Below, in pieces: positions 9,948-20,040 of a stretch of DNA of 64,000 nucleotides. This DNA is from a bacterium (lineage in GTDB: Bacteria > Vulcanimicrobiota > Xenobia > Xenobiales > JADMJV01). Position 1 is the stretch's first letter, and every line of letters starts with the position of its first letter. The translations under genes and the position numbers were made by a program. The DNA lies in contig JADMJV010000096.1 of NCBI GenBank assembly GCA_018780265.1, forward strand, positions 22,856 through 86,855, written 5' to 3'. A model generated the notes under the pieces. The model saw only the letters and a program-made list of their open reading frames with translations, did not search any database and was not told the origin of the DNA.

Positions 9948-10481
9948 TTGGCCGTCCGACCCATCGTTCTCTATCCTGACCCCATTCTCAAGGCGGTATG
10001 CCGCCCGGCAGATTGGCGGGACCGAGTGGTCCATGAAACGGCTCAAGACCTGATCGACACGCTTCGCCAGGGACCCGGCGTGGGCGTAGCGGCCCCGCAA
10101 ATCGGATTCGATATACGACTCTTCGTGGTGGATGTGACTCCCAAACACCCCGGCCATGGCCTGTTGGTGCTGCTCAATCCCCACATGGTGGCTGGAGAGG
10201 GATCGACGACCGGCCGCGAAGGCTGCCTATCTGTCCCCGATTTTACGGCCAGCGTGCGGCGCCACACCAAGGTACTGGTGCAGGCCACCGACTTGCAAGG
10301 CAATCCCGTCAGCGTGGAAAGTGAGGGTTTTGAGGCGGTCTGCCTGCAACATGAGCTCGACCACCTGGACGGAATCCTCTTTTTGGACCGGGTGGCCTGC
10401 CTCAAAACCGATGTATTTCGACGCAAAGGCGTGCACCCTCGCTTTGAACCCCAAGACTATCCGCAAGGAGCCCCCCCGTGA
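9948..10481 (+). CDS. def: Peptide deformylase
   Basis: GVGVAAPQIG, EGCLS, QHELDHLDG motifs. Confidence 0.96.
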   Translation: MAVRPIVLYPDPILKAVCRPADWRDRVVHETAQDLIDTLRQGPGVGVAAPQIGFDIRLFVVDVTPKHPGHGLLVLLNPHMVAGEGSTTGREGCLSVPDFTASVRRHTKVLVQATDLQGNPVSVESEGFEAVCLQHELDHLDGILFLDRVACLKTDVFRRKGVHPRFEPQDYPQGAPP

Positions 10482-11125
10482 AACGTCTGGTGCTAACTTT
10501 TATCCTGGTCACAATGGCCGAGATCTATGCTTTTTGGGTTTTTCGCAGCCACCCTATCAGCAGACCCGACTACTTTCCTGCTCTGCTCACCGTCATTCAG
10601 TTCTTCATGTCCTACGGTGGCATCGAGTCGGCTCGCTGGCTATTGCGCAAGTCCCCCGTGGCCAGAACCCCCGGGCCCGACTCAGACTGGACTCGGCTGT
10701 GGATCTGGCTCGGACTGCCGGGCGGGCTGCTGATGGTGGCGACCTCCGGACTGGCCTGGTTAGCCTCCACTCAAACCACCAGTTGGCTGTCTCCAGCCAT
10801 TTTGCTGGGCCACGCCGCCGGTGGAGGGATTCTATGGCTATGCGCCAGCCTGGAGATGCTGCCCAGTCTGGCTCGCATTCAGACCGCAGCACGCCGCCTC
10901 AACGGAAATTTGGCGTTGATGGGCCTTTTCACCCACCTGCTAGGGCTCTATTTTTACGCCAAGGTCTATCCTGCCGGTCAACTGAAAGTGGGCCTGTTTA
11001 TCGTGGCAGTATTGCTCACGTACTTTGTATTCTACTATGTCTGGGCCGCCTGTATGTTCTGGGCCATCATCTTCCGCTTCTGGACTCCGCCTACCGACGC
11101 GAGCGCAGATGGAAGCCAAGGATAA
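10478..11125 (+). CDS. Hypothetical multi-pass membrane protein
   Basis: About 6 hydrophobic segments; overlaps def stop (GTGA). Confidence 0.65.
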   Translation: MKRLVLTFILVTMAEIYAFWVFRSHPISRPDYFPALLTVIQFFMSYGGIESARWLLRKSPVARTPGPDSDWTRLWIWLGLPGGLLMVATSGLAWLASTQTTSWLSPAILLGHAAGGGILWLCASLEMLPSLARIQTAARRLNGNLALMGLFTHLLGLYFYAKVYPAGQLKVGLFIVAVLLTYFVFYYVWAACMFWAIIFRFWTPPTDASADGSQG

Positions 11126-12737
11126 GCCCGCCCCAATTCCCTATCGCAGCCCCTGGACGCCGCTGCGTAATCCGCTTTTTCGCGCCCTTTGGATAGCCAC
11201 GCTGGTGTCAAATCTGGGCACCTGGGTCCACGAAGTGGCCTGCGGTTGGATGATGACCGACCTGATGCCCAACAATCCATGGATGAGTTCTTTGGTGCAG
11301 GTTTCCACCACCACTCCCATGTTTTTGCTGGCCCTGCCAGCCGGCGCCATTGCCGACGTGGTCGACCGGCGGCGGTATTTGCTGATGACCCAGAGTTGGA
11401 TGATGCTGACCGCTCTACTAATGACCGTCCTGGCCTTTCAGGGGCGCCTGGGAGCCAACGGACTGCTGGCCGGCACCGCCATCCTTGGCATCGGCACCGC
11501 CCTGAACTCTCCGGCCTGGCACTCGGTCCTGCCCACTGTGGTGAGTCGCCACAATCTGGCGGCGGCCGTCAACCTGAATGGACTGGCCATCAGTCTGGCC
11601 CGAGCTATGGGCCCGGGGCTGGCCGGTATCCTGCTCATTTACATGAGCCCCGCCTGGGGCTTTGCCCTCAATACCATCTCGTACGCGGGGGTGATGCTGG
11701 TGCTATGGCGCTGGCGACCCAAGCAACGGCGGGTGCGGGTGCGTGCCGAGCGTTTTTTGGGGGCCGTTCGGGTGGGCCTGCAGCATGTTCGCCACAATCG
11801 GCGCATGCGCAATGTGCTGCTGCGGGTCTCGCTGTTTGTCTTTGGCAGCAGTGCCCTGTGGTCTTTGCTGCCCCTGCTAGTGCGATCTGAATACAAGTTG
11901 CAGGCAGACGCCTACGGATCGATGATCGGACTGTTTGGGGTCGGCGCAGCCGTCTCCAGCACGGCCTGGCTGCCGCGAATTCGCCGAAGCTTTAGCGTCA
12001 ATCAGATGATCGATGGGCACTGGTTGGGTTTCGCCTTGATCATGGTGGGGTTGAGTCAGTCGCGCTGGACCTGGCTACCCTTTGTGTTGATGTATCTGGG
12101 GGGGTGCTGCTGGATAGGCATTCTGTCCAATCTGCATTTTTCCGTGCAATCGGTGGCCCCGGCCTGGGTGCGGGCCCGAGCCATGTCGGTGTATCTGCTC
12201 TGCTATTTCGCAGCGGCCGCCTCGGGCAGCGCCAGCTGGGGCCGACTGGCCGAGATCTACGGCTTGCGCCCCTGTATGCTGTGGGCCGGCGCGATGTTAG
12301 GCCTGAGTTGCATGTCTAGCCTGTTAGCGCCGGTCAAATCCGGGGAAGACCTTAACCTGCAGCCCTCCCATCACTGGCCTGACCCCGAAGTGAAATTACC
12401 CATCGAACCCGACCAGGGTCCTGTGCTGATCACCGTGGAATACCAGATTCCCGAAGAGAACGGAGAGGAATTTCGCAAACGGATGATTCCCGTCAAGCAG
12501 CAAAGGTTGCAAAACGGAGTGCTGCGCTGGGGTCTGTTTGTGGATATCGAAGAACCGACCCTCTACCGGGAAGTGTATCTGGAAGAGTCCTGGGAAGCTC
12601 ACTTACGTCAGCATGAGCGGGTGACCGCTCATGAGCAACAAGTTGCCGAGTATGCGTACAGTCTGCACCTGGGGCCGGCGATGCCTAAAGTTCACCACCT
12701 GCTTCTTTGCGACGATGTTGAGGGGGTCCCGCTTTGA
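11109..12737 (+). CDS. MFS transporter (MFS_3/DUF894 type) with C-terminal soluble domain
   Basis: PLRNPLFRALW, GAIADVVDRRR MFS motif, C-terminal GPVLITVEY...SWEAHLRQHER. Confidence 0.9.
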   Translation: MEAKDKPAPIPYRSPWTPLRNPLFRALWIATLVSNLGTWVHEVACGWMMTDLMPNNPWMSSLVQVSTTTPMFLLALPAGAIADVVDRRRYLLMTQSWMMLTALLMTVLAFQGRLGANGLLAGTAILGIGTALNSPAWHSVLPTVVSRHNLAAAVNLNGLAISLARAMGPGLAGILLIYMSPAWGFALNTISYAGVMLVLWRWRPKQRRVRVRAERFLGAVRVGLQHVRHNRRMRNVLLRVSLFVFGSSALWSLLPLLVRSEYKLQADAYGSMIGLFGVGAAVSSTAWLPRIRRSFSVNQMIDGHWLGFALIMVGLSQSRWTWLPFVLMYLGGCCWIGILSNLHFSVQSVAPAWVRARAMSVYLLCYFAAAASGSASWGRLAEIYGLRPCMLWAGAMLGLSCMSSLLAPVKSGEDLNLQPSHHWPDPEVKLPIEPDQGPVLITVEYQIPEENGEEFRKRMIPVKQQRLQNGVLRWGLFVDIEEPTLYREVYLEESWEAHLRQHERVTAHEQQVAEYAYSLHLGPAMPKVHHLLLCDDVEGVPL

Positions 12738-13579
12738 CTGACCATTTTATACCGTATTTGAGCGACAATCCGTTTCGATTATTGGGCCTTCCCTCGGCCA
12801 CCCCGCAAAAGGATCTGGTCTACGCCTGCAAAAAAATCCGTGACCGTCTGCGCAAAGGTCAGCGGCACGACGTGGCAATGGCCCGACAGTGGGGCGAGGA
12901 AGAGCTGGAGAAAGTCCCAGAAATTGTGCAAAAGATGGGCGAAGACCCGATTTTACGCAGTATTTACAGGCTGTTCTGGCCACTCGACCTCGAGTGCCTG
13001 ACGGGCCTGCCCAAACCCGACGAGTATGACGGTCGCCATCCTGCCCAGATCGATTTTCTGAGCATGTTCTTTTTTACTCAATCTGCGCCGGACGCCACCT
13101 TAATCGGCCTCATGCCGCGGCGCTGGAAGGCTTTTCGCGAGGAAGCCTCAAGTCGCATCCGGCTGCGTCGACTGCTGCACCAGGAGGAAGGCTGCGGACC
13201 CCAGGCGGCCGACGAGATGCTAAACCAGGTTTGGCGTCAGGCTCCTGACAATATCGTAGCCGGAGACTTGCGGTGGGCCCGCGACATGTGGGACGCCAAG
13301 AACTTTGAGCGAGCCAGCGCCCAGATTCTGGCGGTGCTCAAGACATGGAATCCTCCGGCTCGTGCGCTGGACTGGTTTGTCGATGAAGCCGATCGCCTGG
13401 CCCTGAGCTTGAAACCGCAATACGTGGCTCGCCTACAACTCCTGGCCAATGCTTTGTGCGGAACCGTCAGTGAAGCGATTGGCAACGATTGGGCCGACTC
13501 GATCAAGGATTTCGAAAAACGCCGACCCAGGCCGGTTCAACTCAATCCTGGCCTGGACAATTTTAGCCAGCCCGATTAG
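12734..13579 (+). CDS. Hypothetical protein (J-domain-like N-terminus without HPD)
   Basis: NPFRLLGLP..A start; overlaps MFS stop. Confidence 0.6.
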   Translation: MTDHFIPYLSDNPFRLLGLPSATPQKDLVYACKKIRDRLRKGQRHDVAMARQWGEEELEKVPEIVQKMGEDPILRSIYRLFWPLDLECLTGLPKPDEYDGRHPAQIDFLSMFFFTQSAPDATLIGLMPRRWKAFREEASSRIRLRRLLHQEEGCGPQAADEMLNQVWRQAPDNIVAGDLRWARDMWDAKNFERASAQILAVLKTWNPPARALDWFVDEADRLALSLKPQYVARLQLLANALCGTVSEAIGNDWADSIKDFEKRRPRPVQLNPGLDNFSQPD

Positions 13580-14457
13580 GGCTGCTGCCTGACGGTATTG
13601 GTCGCCCAGTCCACCGTCAATCCGTTGCCGTCCTGCCGATAAATGACCAGGTTGCCGTCGTCTTGCATCTGCAAAAAGCAATGGGAGAAATAGCTGGCGG
13701 CACCCGCTTCCCAAACGATCTGGCCAGATGGCCCCATCACGCGCAGGACTCCGTCGGAACCAAGCCGCATGGCGGCCGCTCCACGACCCTGAGTATTGGA
13801 ATTCCAGAGCGGTTGAAAGGGGATCGCGGAAATGTTGTAGACGACAAGGTTGCCGTCGTGCTGAAAGCAGCAGGCAAACACGCCGTTGGAGGAGCGCAGC
13901 CAGGAGTCGGTGACCACATTTACGCCCGCAAAAACTCGGTCTTTGGCCGCGTAGAGTTCGGGAATATTGGGACGTGCTGGCTCGACAGGGGCAATCGGTT
14001 TCGACGGCGGGGCATAAGGAGGCGGCTGAGGAGTGACCACGGGCAGGGGTTGGCTGGCCATCTGCGCCCAGGTCTGGGCCATCTGATCGACCTGAGCGAG
14101 TTTGGCCCCCGTCACCCGCGGCCAGCAGTAAAGGCTGCGCACCGGAGCCCGCTTGACAGAGTCCAACTGGACTAAACAGACAGCGGGCAACTGTTGCGGC
14201 GTGACGTCCAATACCTGACGAGCAAAGCTCGCTTCACGAGGGCGGTCGAAATGCATGGTGGCAACCTGCAACTCGATTAAGCCCGGAGTGGTTCGCAGGG
14301 CCTGGACGCGCTGCACAAGAGCACGCTCGTCAGCATCCGGTCGAGCGGCCGAACGACCGATCACCAACAGCATCAACTGCTGCGGTGGGATGGACTGAGA
14401 AAAGGCCGAGATGGATGCGACAAAGAGCAACCACAGTCCTAAACGTTTCACCTTCAT
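13576..14457 (-). CDS. Secreted protein with C-terminal bulb-type (GNA/B-) lectin domain
   Basis: Signal peptide, Pro-rich linker, QHDGNLVVY and QDDGNLVIY (QxDxNxVxY) motifs. Confidence 0.85.
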   Translation of the reverse strand: MKVKRLGLWLLFVASISAFSQSIPPQQLMLLVIGRSAARPDADERALVQRVQALRTTPGLIELQVATMHFDRPREASFARQVLDVTPQQLPAVCLVQLDSVKRAPVRSLYCWPRVTGAKLAQVDQMAQTWAQMASQPLPVVTPQPPPYAPPSKPIAPVEPARPNIPELYAAKDRVFAGVNVVTDSWLRSSNGVFACCFQHDGNLVVYNISAIPFQPLWNSNTQGRGAAAMRLGSDGVLRVMGPSGQIVWEAGAASYFSHCFLQMQDDGNLVIYRQDGNGLTVDWATNTVRQQP

Positions 14458-14483
14458 GATGTTCTCACCCGGCTGGTGTTCCC

Positions 14484-15728
14484 CTAGCGGCTGAGGTTGT
14501 CGCGCTCGATGAGGCCGCTTGGGGACATGCTGCTTTCGACCTTAACAGGGCCGGTCACGAAATTCTCGCTAAAGATGCAGCGCTGCACCTGGGGCGCCAG
14601 GCGAGCCTGTACTCCCGGGGCACAAAAGGTGCACCCGCGCACCATCAGGTGGCCACCCCACACATCCAGGGCCGGCTGGGAGGGATCCCATTCCTGAAAA
14701 TTGCAGTCGCCAAAGGTAACCGTTCCCGTGCCTTCGATGGCAGCCACCCGATGACAGGGACCCCAAAAAGAGCAGTTGACCAGTTTGACCAGCCCGCTGT
14801 TGCCGGGGCCAACCCGCAGGCCCGCCGGGTCGGGCCCGTGCATGGCCACAAACTGGCCGTTGCTGATGAGCAACCCGAGCGGGGCGCACTGGTCGACCTG
14901 GACGCCGGTATGACAATCGTCAGCCCCAATGCCAACAAAACTGCCGTTGCAGAAGCCCTTGGGGGTCTCGACAAAGCGGTAGCCGATAGCATATCCGAAG
15001 CAAAAGGTGTTGAGTACCGAGTGCCAGTCGGTCCGCCCGAAGACAAAGCCCACACCGTTGGCGCGCTGCCATTGATAAATGGGCGTATTGAAGCTCCACC
15101 AGGGGTTCCAATGCACATTCTCGATGCGGCCCACATCATAGACCTCGTCGACCATCAAGCCGATACTCAGAGGTTGCCCATGGACGTTGCGAATGATGGC
15201 TCGTTGATTTTTGCTGGCGTCGATGCCCTGAAATGGATTGAGCAACTCGACATCGAGCAAGGCGGGATTGTTGCCCCGCATGGCAAGGCAGTAGGGATAG
15301 GGTATTGGCACCGGCGCGCCGGGCAACTGCTCGGGGTAGTAAATGGAAAACCCTTGCAAGGTCGAGTTCTCGCCGATCATCAGGAAGGGAGCACCTTGCG
15401 GCTGCCCTTTGCCCCCCATCACCTCCAGTACGCTTCCCCGACTGGGCAAAGCCCCCCCCCTCTCAAAAGAGTGCGACGGGGCATAGGTGTAGGCGCCAAT
15501 CAGGCTGACATAGGGCGGAATGGTCAAGGCGCCAGCAAACCGGAAACGACCTGACGGAACCTCTACCTTGCCACCACCAGCCCTGGCGGCTTCATCCATA
15601 GCTTTCTGGAAGGCCGCGGTGTTGTCGGGCAAATTTGGACTGGCGCCAAAGGTGACCACATTGACCGGGGCGGGCGCTGCCCAGCAAGCCACTGTAAGGG
15701 CGACCAGAAGAAAAAGAATCATGCGCAT
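14484..15728 (-). CDS. Secreted pectate-lyase-superfamily beta-helix protein (GH28/GH55-related)
   Basis: Signal peptide; VNVVTFGA...DNTAAFQKAMD...GGGKVEVPSGRF N-terminal motif. Confidence 0.82.
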   Translation of the reverse strand: MRMILFLLVALTVACWAAPAPVNVVTFGASPNLPDNTAAFQKAMDEAARAGGGKVEVPSGRFRFAGALTIPPYVSLIGAYTYAPSHSFERGGALPSRGSVLEVMGGKGQPQGAPFLMIGENSTLQGFSIYYPEQLPGAPVPIPYPYCLAMRGNNPALLDVELLNPFQGIDASKNQRAIIRNVHGQPLSIGLMVDEVYDVGRIENVHWNPWWSFNTPIYQWQRANGVGFVFGRTDWHSVLNTFCFGYAIGYRFVETPKGFCNGSFVGIGADDCHTGVQVDQCAPLGLLISNGQFVAMHGPDPAGLRVGPGNSGLVKLVNCSFWGPCHRVAAIEGTGTVTFGDCNFQEWDPSQPALDVWGGHLMVRGCTFCAPGVQARLAPQVQRCIFSENFVTGPVKVESSMSPSGLIERDNLSR

Positions 15729-15790
15729 GCCGCCCGGCCTTCCCGCCCTGCGTCACAGGGCCTGCCAGAAGCGATTTGAGAAACACCCTA

Positions 15791-15819
15791 TTGACAAGAA
15801 GGATTGTTTCGAGTATCAT
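15791..15819 (+). promoter_or_regulatory. Sigma70-type promoter of rpoBC
   Basis: TTGACA-17 nt-TATCAT. Confidence 0.8.
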
Positions 15820-16001
15820 TCGCAACTAGCTTTTAGACCTGCCTGTGAATATCATATTTAACCTCAACAAATAAAAGGAAAAGCGAGACAGACCCGCAGT
15901 CTATCTTGCTTTTTGTGTTTAAATTGGTCCACAGGTGGGAACGAAGCAGTCCCGGTCTACCGGGCAACGCGGAACACGCAGGAAGTTAGAGGAGAAACCC
16001 G

Positions 16002-19000
16002 ATGTCCATTCTCCGCAATATAGATCCCGACAACGGGCGGTTGTCATTCGGAAAGATCCCCAAAATATTGGATCTTCCCTACCTCATCGAGCTGCAACGC
16101 ACCTCGTACGAGAACTTTCTCAAGGAGGGGATTCGCGAGACGTTCGCTGACATATCCCCCATCGAAGACTTCACCGGAAACCTGGTGCTGGAATTCCTTG
16201 ACTATCAGTTAGATCCACCCACCTACACCACTGAGGAGTGTCGCGATCGCGACGCCACTTACGCTCGCCCTCTTAAAGTGCGCGTGCGCCTGATTACCAA
16301 AGAGGGCGGCGACATCAAAGAGGTCAAAGAGCAAGACATCTTCATGGGTGACTTCCCCTGTATGACCGAGCGAGGCACCTTTGTGATCAACGGCGCCGAG
16401 CGCGTCATTGTAAGCCAACTGGTGCGTTCGCCTGGAATTTACTTTACGCAGCATATGGAGCTCAACCAAAAGCGAACTTTCGCCTGCACCGTCATTCCCA
16501 ACCGTGGCGCCTGGCTGGAGTTCGTGGCTGATGCCAGCGACATCATCAATGTCAGCATCGACAAAGCACGTAAAGTGCCGGCGACGGTGTTGTTGCGGGC
16601 CGTAGGTTTCGGTACTGACGACGAGATTCGCGCTCTCTTTAACCACGATCCGCTCATTGAGCCGACTCTGGAAAAAGACGCCTTCTCCTCGACCGAAGAG
16701 GCCTTGATCGAGATCTACCGCAAGCAGCGCCCCGGCGATCCGCCTTCGGTAGACAGCGCCCAACAGTTGCTGCAGAACCTGTTCTTCTCGCCCAAGCGCT
16801 ACAATCTGGCGCTGGTCGGTCGCTACAAGTTGTCACGCAAACTGGGGCAGATGATTACCTGCCAAAACACCGGCGTGTTGGTGCGTCCGGGCACCCTGGA
16901 AGACCCGGATAGCGGCGCTACCATCAACTACAACCAGACGCTCATTCGGGAGGATCTGGTGGCTGTGGTTCGCTACATGCTGGCCTTGATGCGACGGGAG
17001 CAAAACGAGCGTCCTCCCGAAGGCGGTATCTCCGAAGGCGGCCTGCCGGTCACTAACGACCGGGGTATCTTCTGGCTGGAGCCGACTGCGGAAACGCAGT
17101 ACCGGACCACTGTGCGCGTAGACGACATTGACCATCTGGGCAATCGCCGCATTCGCGCCGTAGGCGAGTTGTTGATGAATCAGTTCCGCGTAGGCTTATT
17201 GCGCCTGGAGCGGGTGGTTCGCGAGCGTATGACAGTTCAGGATCTTGAGACGGTGACCCCTCAGGCCCTGATCAATATCCGCCCTGTGGTGGCGGCCATC
17301 AAGGAGTTCTTCGGATCCAGTCAACTGTCTCAGTTTATGGACCAGACCAACTCGCTGGCTGAATTGACCCACAAGCGTCGACTCTCGGCGCTTGGACCGG
17401 GCGGTCTTTCGCGTGAGCGCGCGGGCTTCGAAGTCCGCGATGTGCACTACAGCCACTACGGCCGCGTCTGTCCGATTGAGACCCCTGAAGGTCCCAACAT
17501 CGGTCTGATCGGCTCGCTGGCCAGCTACGCTCGCGTCAATCACTTCGGCTTTATGGAGACCCCATACCGACGAGTGATCTGCCGCGCCAATCATGACGTA
17601 AAGCACGAGGGCAAGGTGATTTACAAGCAGGGCGACATCGTCCCCCGCCGCAAACGCCACGCCCTGATCTTGGAAGGCGCTACCGTTTCCGTAACGGTGC
17701 AGGTGACCGACCAGATCGACTACCTCTCGGCAGACGAAGAAGACGAACACACGATCTGTCAGGCCAACACCCGACTGAACGAGAAGTTCCAGGTCACTGA
17801 GGAGCGCGTGGTCGCTCGTGCCAAACACGAGACCCAAATCGTGGCTCGCGAAGACGTGGACTACATGGACATCAGTCCTCAACAAATCGTCTCGATCGCT
17901 ACCGCGCTGATCCCCTTCCTGGAGCACGACGACGCCAACCGCGCCTTGATGGGCGCGAACATGCAACGTCAGGCTGTGCCCCTGATTCGCCCCGATGCCC
18001 CGTTGGTGGGTACCGGTGTGGAATACAGGGCTGCCAAGGACTCGGGCGCCCTGGTGGTTTCGGCTCACACCGGCGAAGCCGTCTCGGTCAACGCCAACGA
18101 GGTCAAGATCAAAGACGAGCATGGCGTAGTCCACACTTACTCACTGCTCAAGTTCAAGCGTTCTAACGCGGGAACTTGTATCAACCAGCGCCCCGCTGTC
18201 AAGGTGGGCGACTGGATCAAGGCAGGCGACGTGATCGGTGACGGTCAATCCTCGGTCAACGGCGAGTTGGCCTTGGGGCGCAACGTGCTGGTGGCCTTCA
18301 TGCCCTTCCACGGATACAACTACGAAGACGCCATCCTGCTCTCTGAAGAGATGGTCACGGATGACATCTTCACTTCCATTCACATTGAAGAATACGAGTG
18401 CGAAGCTCGCGACACCAAGCTAGGTGCCGAAGAGATCACGCGCGACATTCCCAATGTGGGCGAAGAGGCCCTCAAAGACCTCGATGAGCGCGGCATCGTG
18501 CGCATCGGAGCCGAGGTCCGCACGGAAGACATCCTGGTCGGCAAAGTCACGCCCAAGGGCGAAACCGAGCTGACCGCCGAGGAGCGTCTCTTGCGAGCCA
18601 TCTTCGGCGAAAAGGCCCGCGACGTTCGCGACACCTCGCTGAAAGTGCCGCACGGCGAAAAAGGCAAGGTGATCGACGTCAAGGTGTTCTCTCGCGAGAC
18701 CACCGACGAGCTTTCACCGGGCGTCAACCAGTTAGTGCGTGTCTATGTGGCTCAAAAGCGCAAAATCATGCAGGGCGACAAAATGGCCGGCCGTCACGGC
18801 AACAAGGGTGTTATCTCCAAGATCCTCCCGATCGAGGACATGCCCTACCTGCCCGACGGCACACCGGTTCAAATTGTGCTCAATCCGCTGGGCGTACCCT
18901 CGCGTATGAACATCGGTCAGATTCTGGAGACCATCCTGGGGGAGGCGGCCGCCTTCCTGATCGACATTGAGGGGCAGCGCATGCGCACGATGACTCCGGT

Positions 19001-19943
19001 CTTCGATGCCGCTCTCGAAGAGGAGATCTTCAGCCTGATCCGCCTGGTCAATCTGCAAAAGAGCCTGGCCCTGATGGGTCATGAGTTCACCACTCAGGAG
19101 ATGGACCAGATCTTGTCCAAAGAGCCGCTCCATCAAAAACTGTGTCGCTTTATCAACAGCGGTCCCGAAGGGGTGCTTGTCACCACCGAAGAGGCCGATG
19201 AGATGGTCAAAGCCGGTCCTGTCAGCAAGTTGCTCGATCGGGCCACGGCCTTCCTGGGTACACGCACCTACGACAAGGCTGCCCTCCAGGAAGCATGCAC
19301 GACTCATAGCCCCCACGAAAGACTGGAGCGCATCTATAAAGATCGCCCCATCCCCGTGGGTAAGGGCGAAATCGACAAACTGGTGAAGTACATTGATGAC
19401 TATTATCTGGTTCCCCAGGACGGCAAAAGTGCAGTCCTCGACGGTCGCACCGGCGAGGCCTTCGATTGCCGAGTGACTGTAGGCCAGATCTACATTCTCA
19501 AACTGGCTCACCTGGTCGATGATAAAATTCACGCCCGCTCGACCGGACCCTACTCGCTCATCACCCAGCAACCGCTGGGAGGCAAAGCGCAGTTTGGCGG
19601 TCAACGCTTCGGCGAGATGGAAGTATGGGCCCTGGAGGCGTATGGCGCTGCCTACACGCTGCAGGAACTGCTCACCGTCAAGTCCGACGATGTCATCGGC
19701 CGTGTCAAAACCTATGAGGCCATTGTCAAAGGCGAGAATGTGCTGGAGCCGGGTGTGCCCGAGTCCTTCAAAGTGCTGATCAAAGAACTGCAGAGCCTGT
19801 GTCTCGATGTCAAGGTGAAGTCGTTTGATAAAACCGGCACTTTGCGTGAAGTGGAAATCAAGTCGGTCGAAGAGTCCGATGTCAAGTCCACAGCCCGCGA
19901 GTTGGGCCTCGACCTCTCCCAGGAAGCGCTCAGCAGCCTGTAA
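16002..19943 (+). CDS. rpoB: DNA-directed RNA polymerase beta subunit
   Basis: [30 protein letters not shown] motifs. Confidence 0.99.
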   Translation: MSILRNIDPDNGRLSFGKIPKILDLPYLIELQRTSYENFLKEGIRETFADISPIEDFTGNLVLEFLDYQLDPPTYTTEECRDRDATYARPLKVRVRLITKEGGDIKEVKEQDIFMGDFPCMTERGTFVINGAERVIVSQLVRSPGIYFTQHMELNQKRTFACTVIPNRGAWLEFVADASDIINVSIDKARKVPATVLLRAVGFGTDDEIRALFNHDPLIEPTLEKDAFSSTEEALIEIYRKQRPGDPPSVDSAQQLLQNLFFSPKRYNLALVGRYKLSRKLGQMITCQNTGVLVRPGTLEDPDSGATINYNQTLIREDLVAVVRYMLALMRREQNERPPEGGISEGGLPVTNDRGIFWLEPTAETQYRTTVRVDDIDHLGNRRIRAVGELLMNQFRVGLLRLERVVRERMTVQDLETVTPQALINIRPVVAAIKEFFGSSQLSQFMDQTNSLAELTHKRRLSALGPGGLSRERAGFEVRDVHYSHYGRVCPIETPEGPNIGLIGSLASYARVNHFGFMETPYRRVICRANHDVKHEGKVIYKQGDIVPRRKRHALILEGATVSVTVQVTDQIDYLSADEEDEHTICQANTRLNEKFQVTEERVVARAKHETQIVAREDVDYMDISPQQIVSIATALIPFLEHDDANRALMGANMQRQAVPLIRPDAPLVGTGVEYRAAKDSGALVVSAHTGEAVSVNANEVKIKDEHGVVHTYSLLKFKRSNAGTCINQRPAVKVGDWIKAGDVIGDGQSSVNGELALGRNVLVAFMPFHGYNYEDAILLSEEMVTDDIFTSIHIEEYECEARDTKLGAEEITRDIPNVGEEALKDLDERGIVRIGAEVRTEDILVGKVTPKGETELTAEERLLRAIFGEKARDVRDTSLKVPHGEKGKVIDVKVFSRETTDELSPGVNQLVRVYVAQKRKIMQGDKMAGRHGNKGVISKILPIEDMPYLPDGTPVQIVLNPLGVPSRMNIGQILETILGEAAAFLIDIEGQRMRTMTPVFDAALEEEIFSLIRLVNLQKSLALMGHEFTTQEMDQILSKEPLHQKLCRFINSGPEGVLVTTEEADEMVKAGPVSKLLDRATAFLGTRTYDKAALQEACTTHSPHERLERIYKDRPIPVGKGEIDKLVKYIDDYYLVPQDGKSAVLDGRTGEAFDCRVTVGQIYILKLAHLVDDKIHARSTGPYSLITQQPLGGKAQFGGQRFGEMEVWALEAYGAAYTLQELLTVKSDDVIGRVKTYEAIVKGENVLEPGVPESFKVLIKELQSLCLDVKVKSFDKTGTLREVEIKSVEESDVKSTARELGLDLSQEALSSL

Positions 19944-20040
19944 ACCCCGCTGGTCGGCGAGGCTCTTGAGCCTCGTTGGCCGGCCCAGGGATTCTCGGGT
20001 CAAGTCCCGAGAGTCCCACTAGTTGGAGGTAGTTTTTCCG

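Noticed and set aside
17311-17410. Rifampicin-resistance substitutions in RpoB cluster I
   Set aside because: Key residues (Q, D, H, R, S in SQFMDQ...THKRRLSAL) are wild-type.
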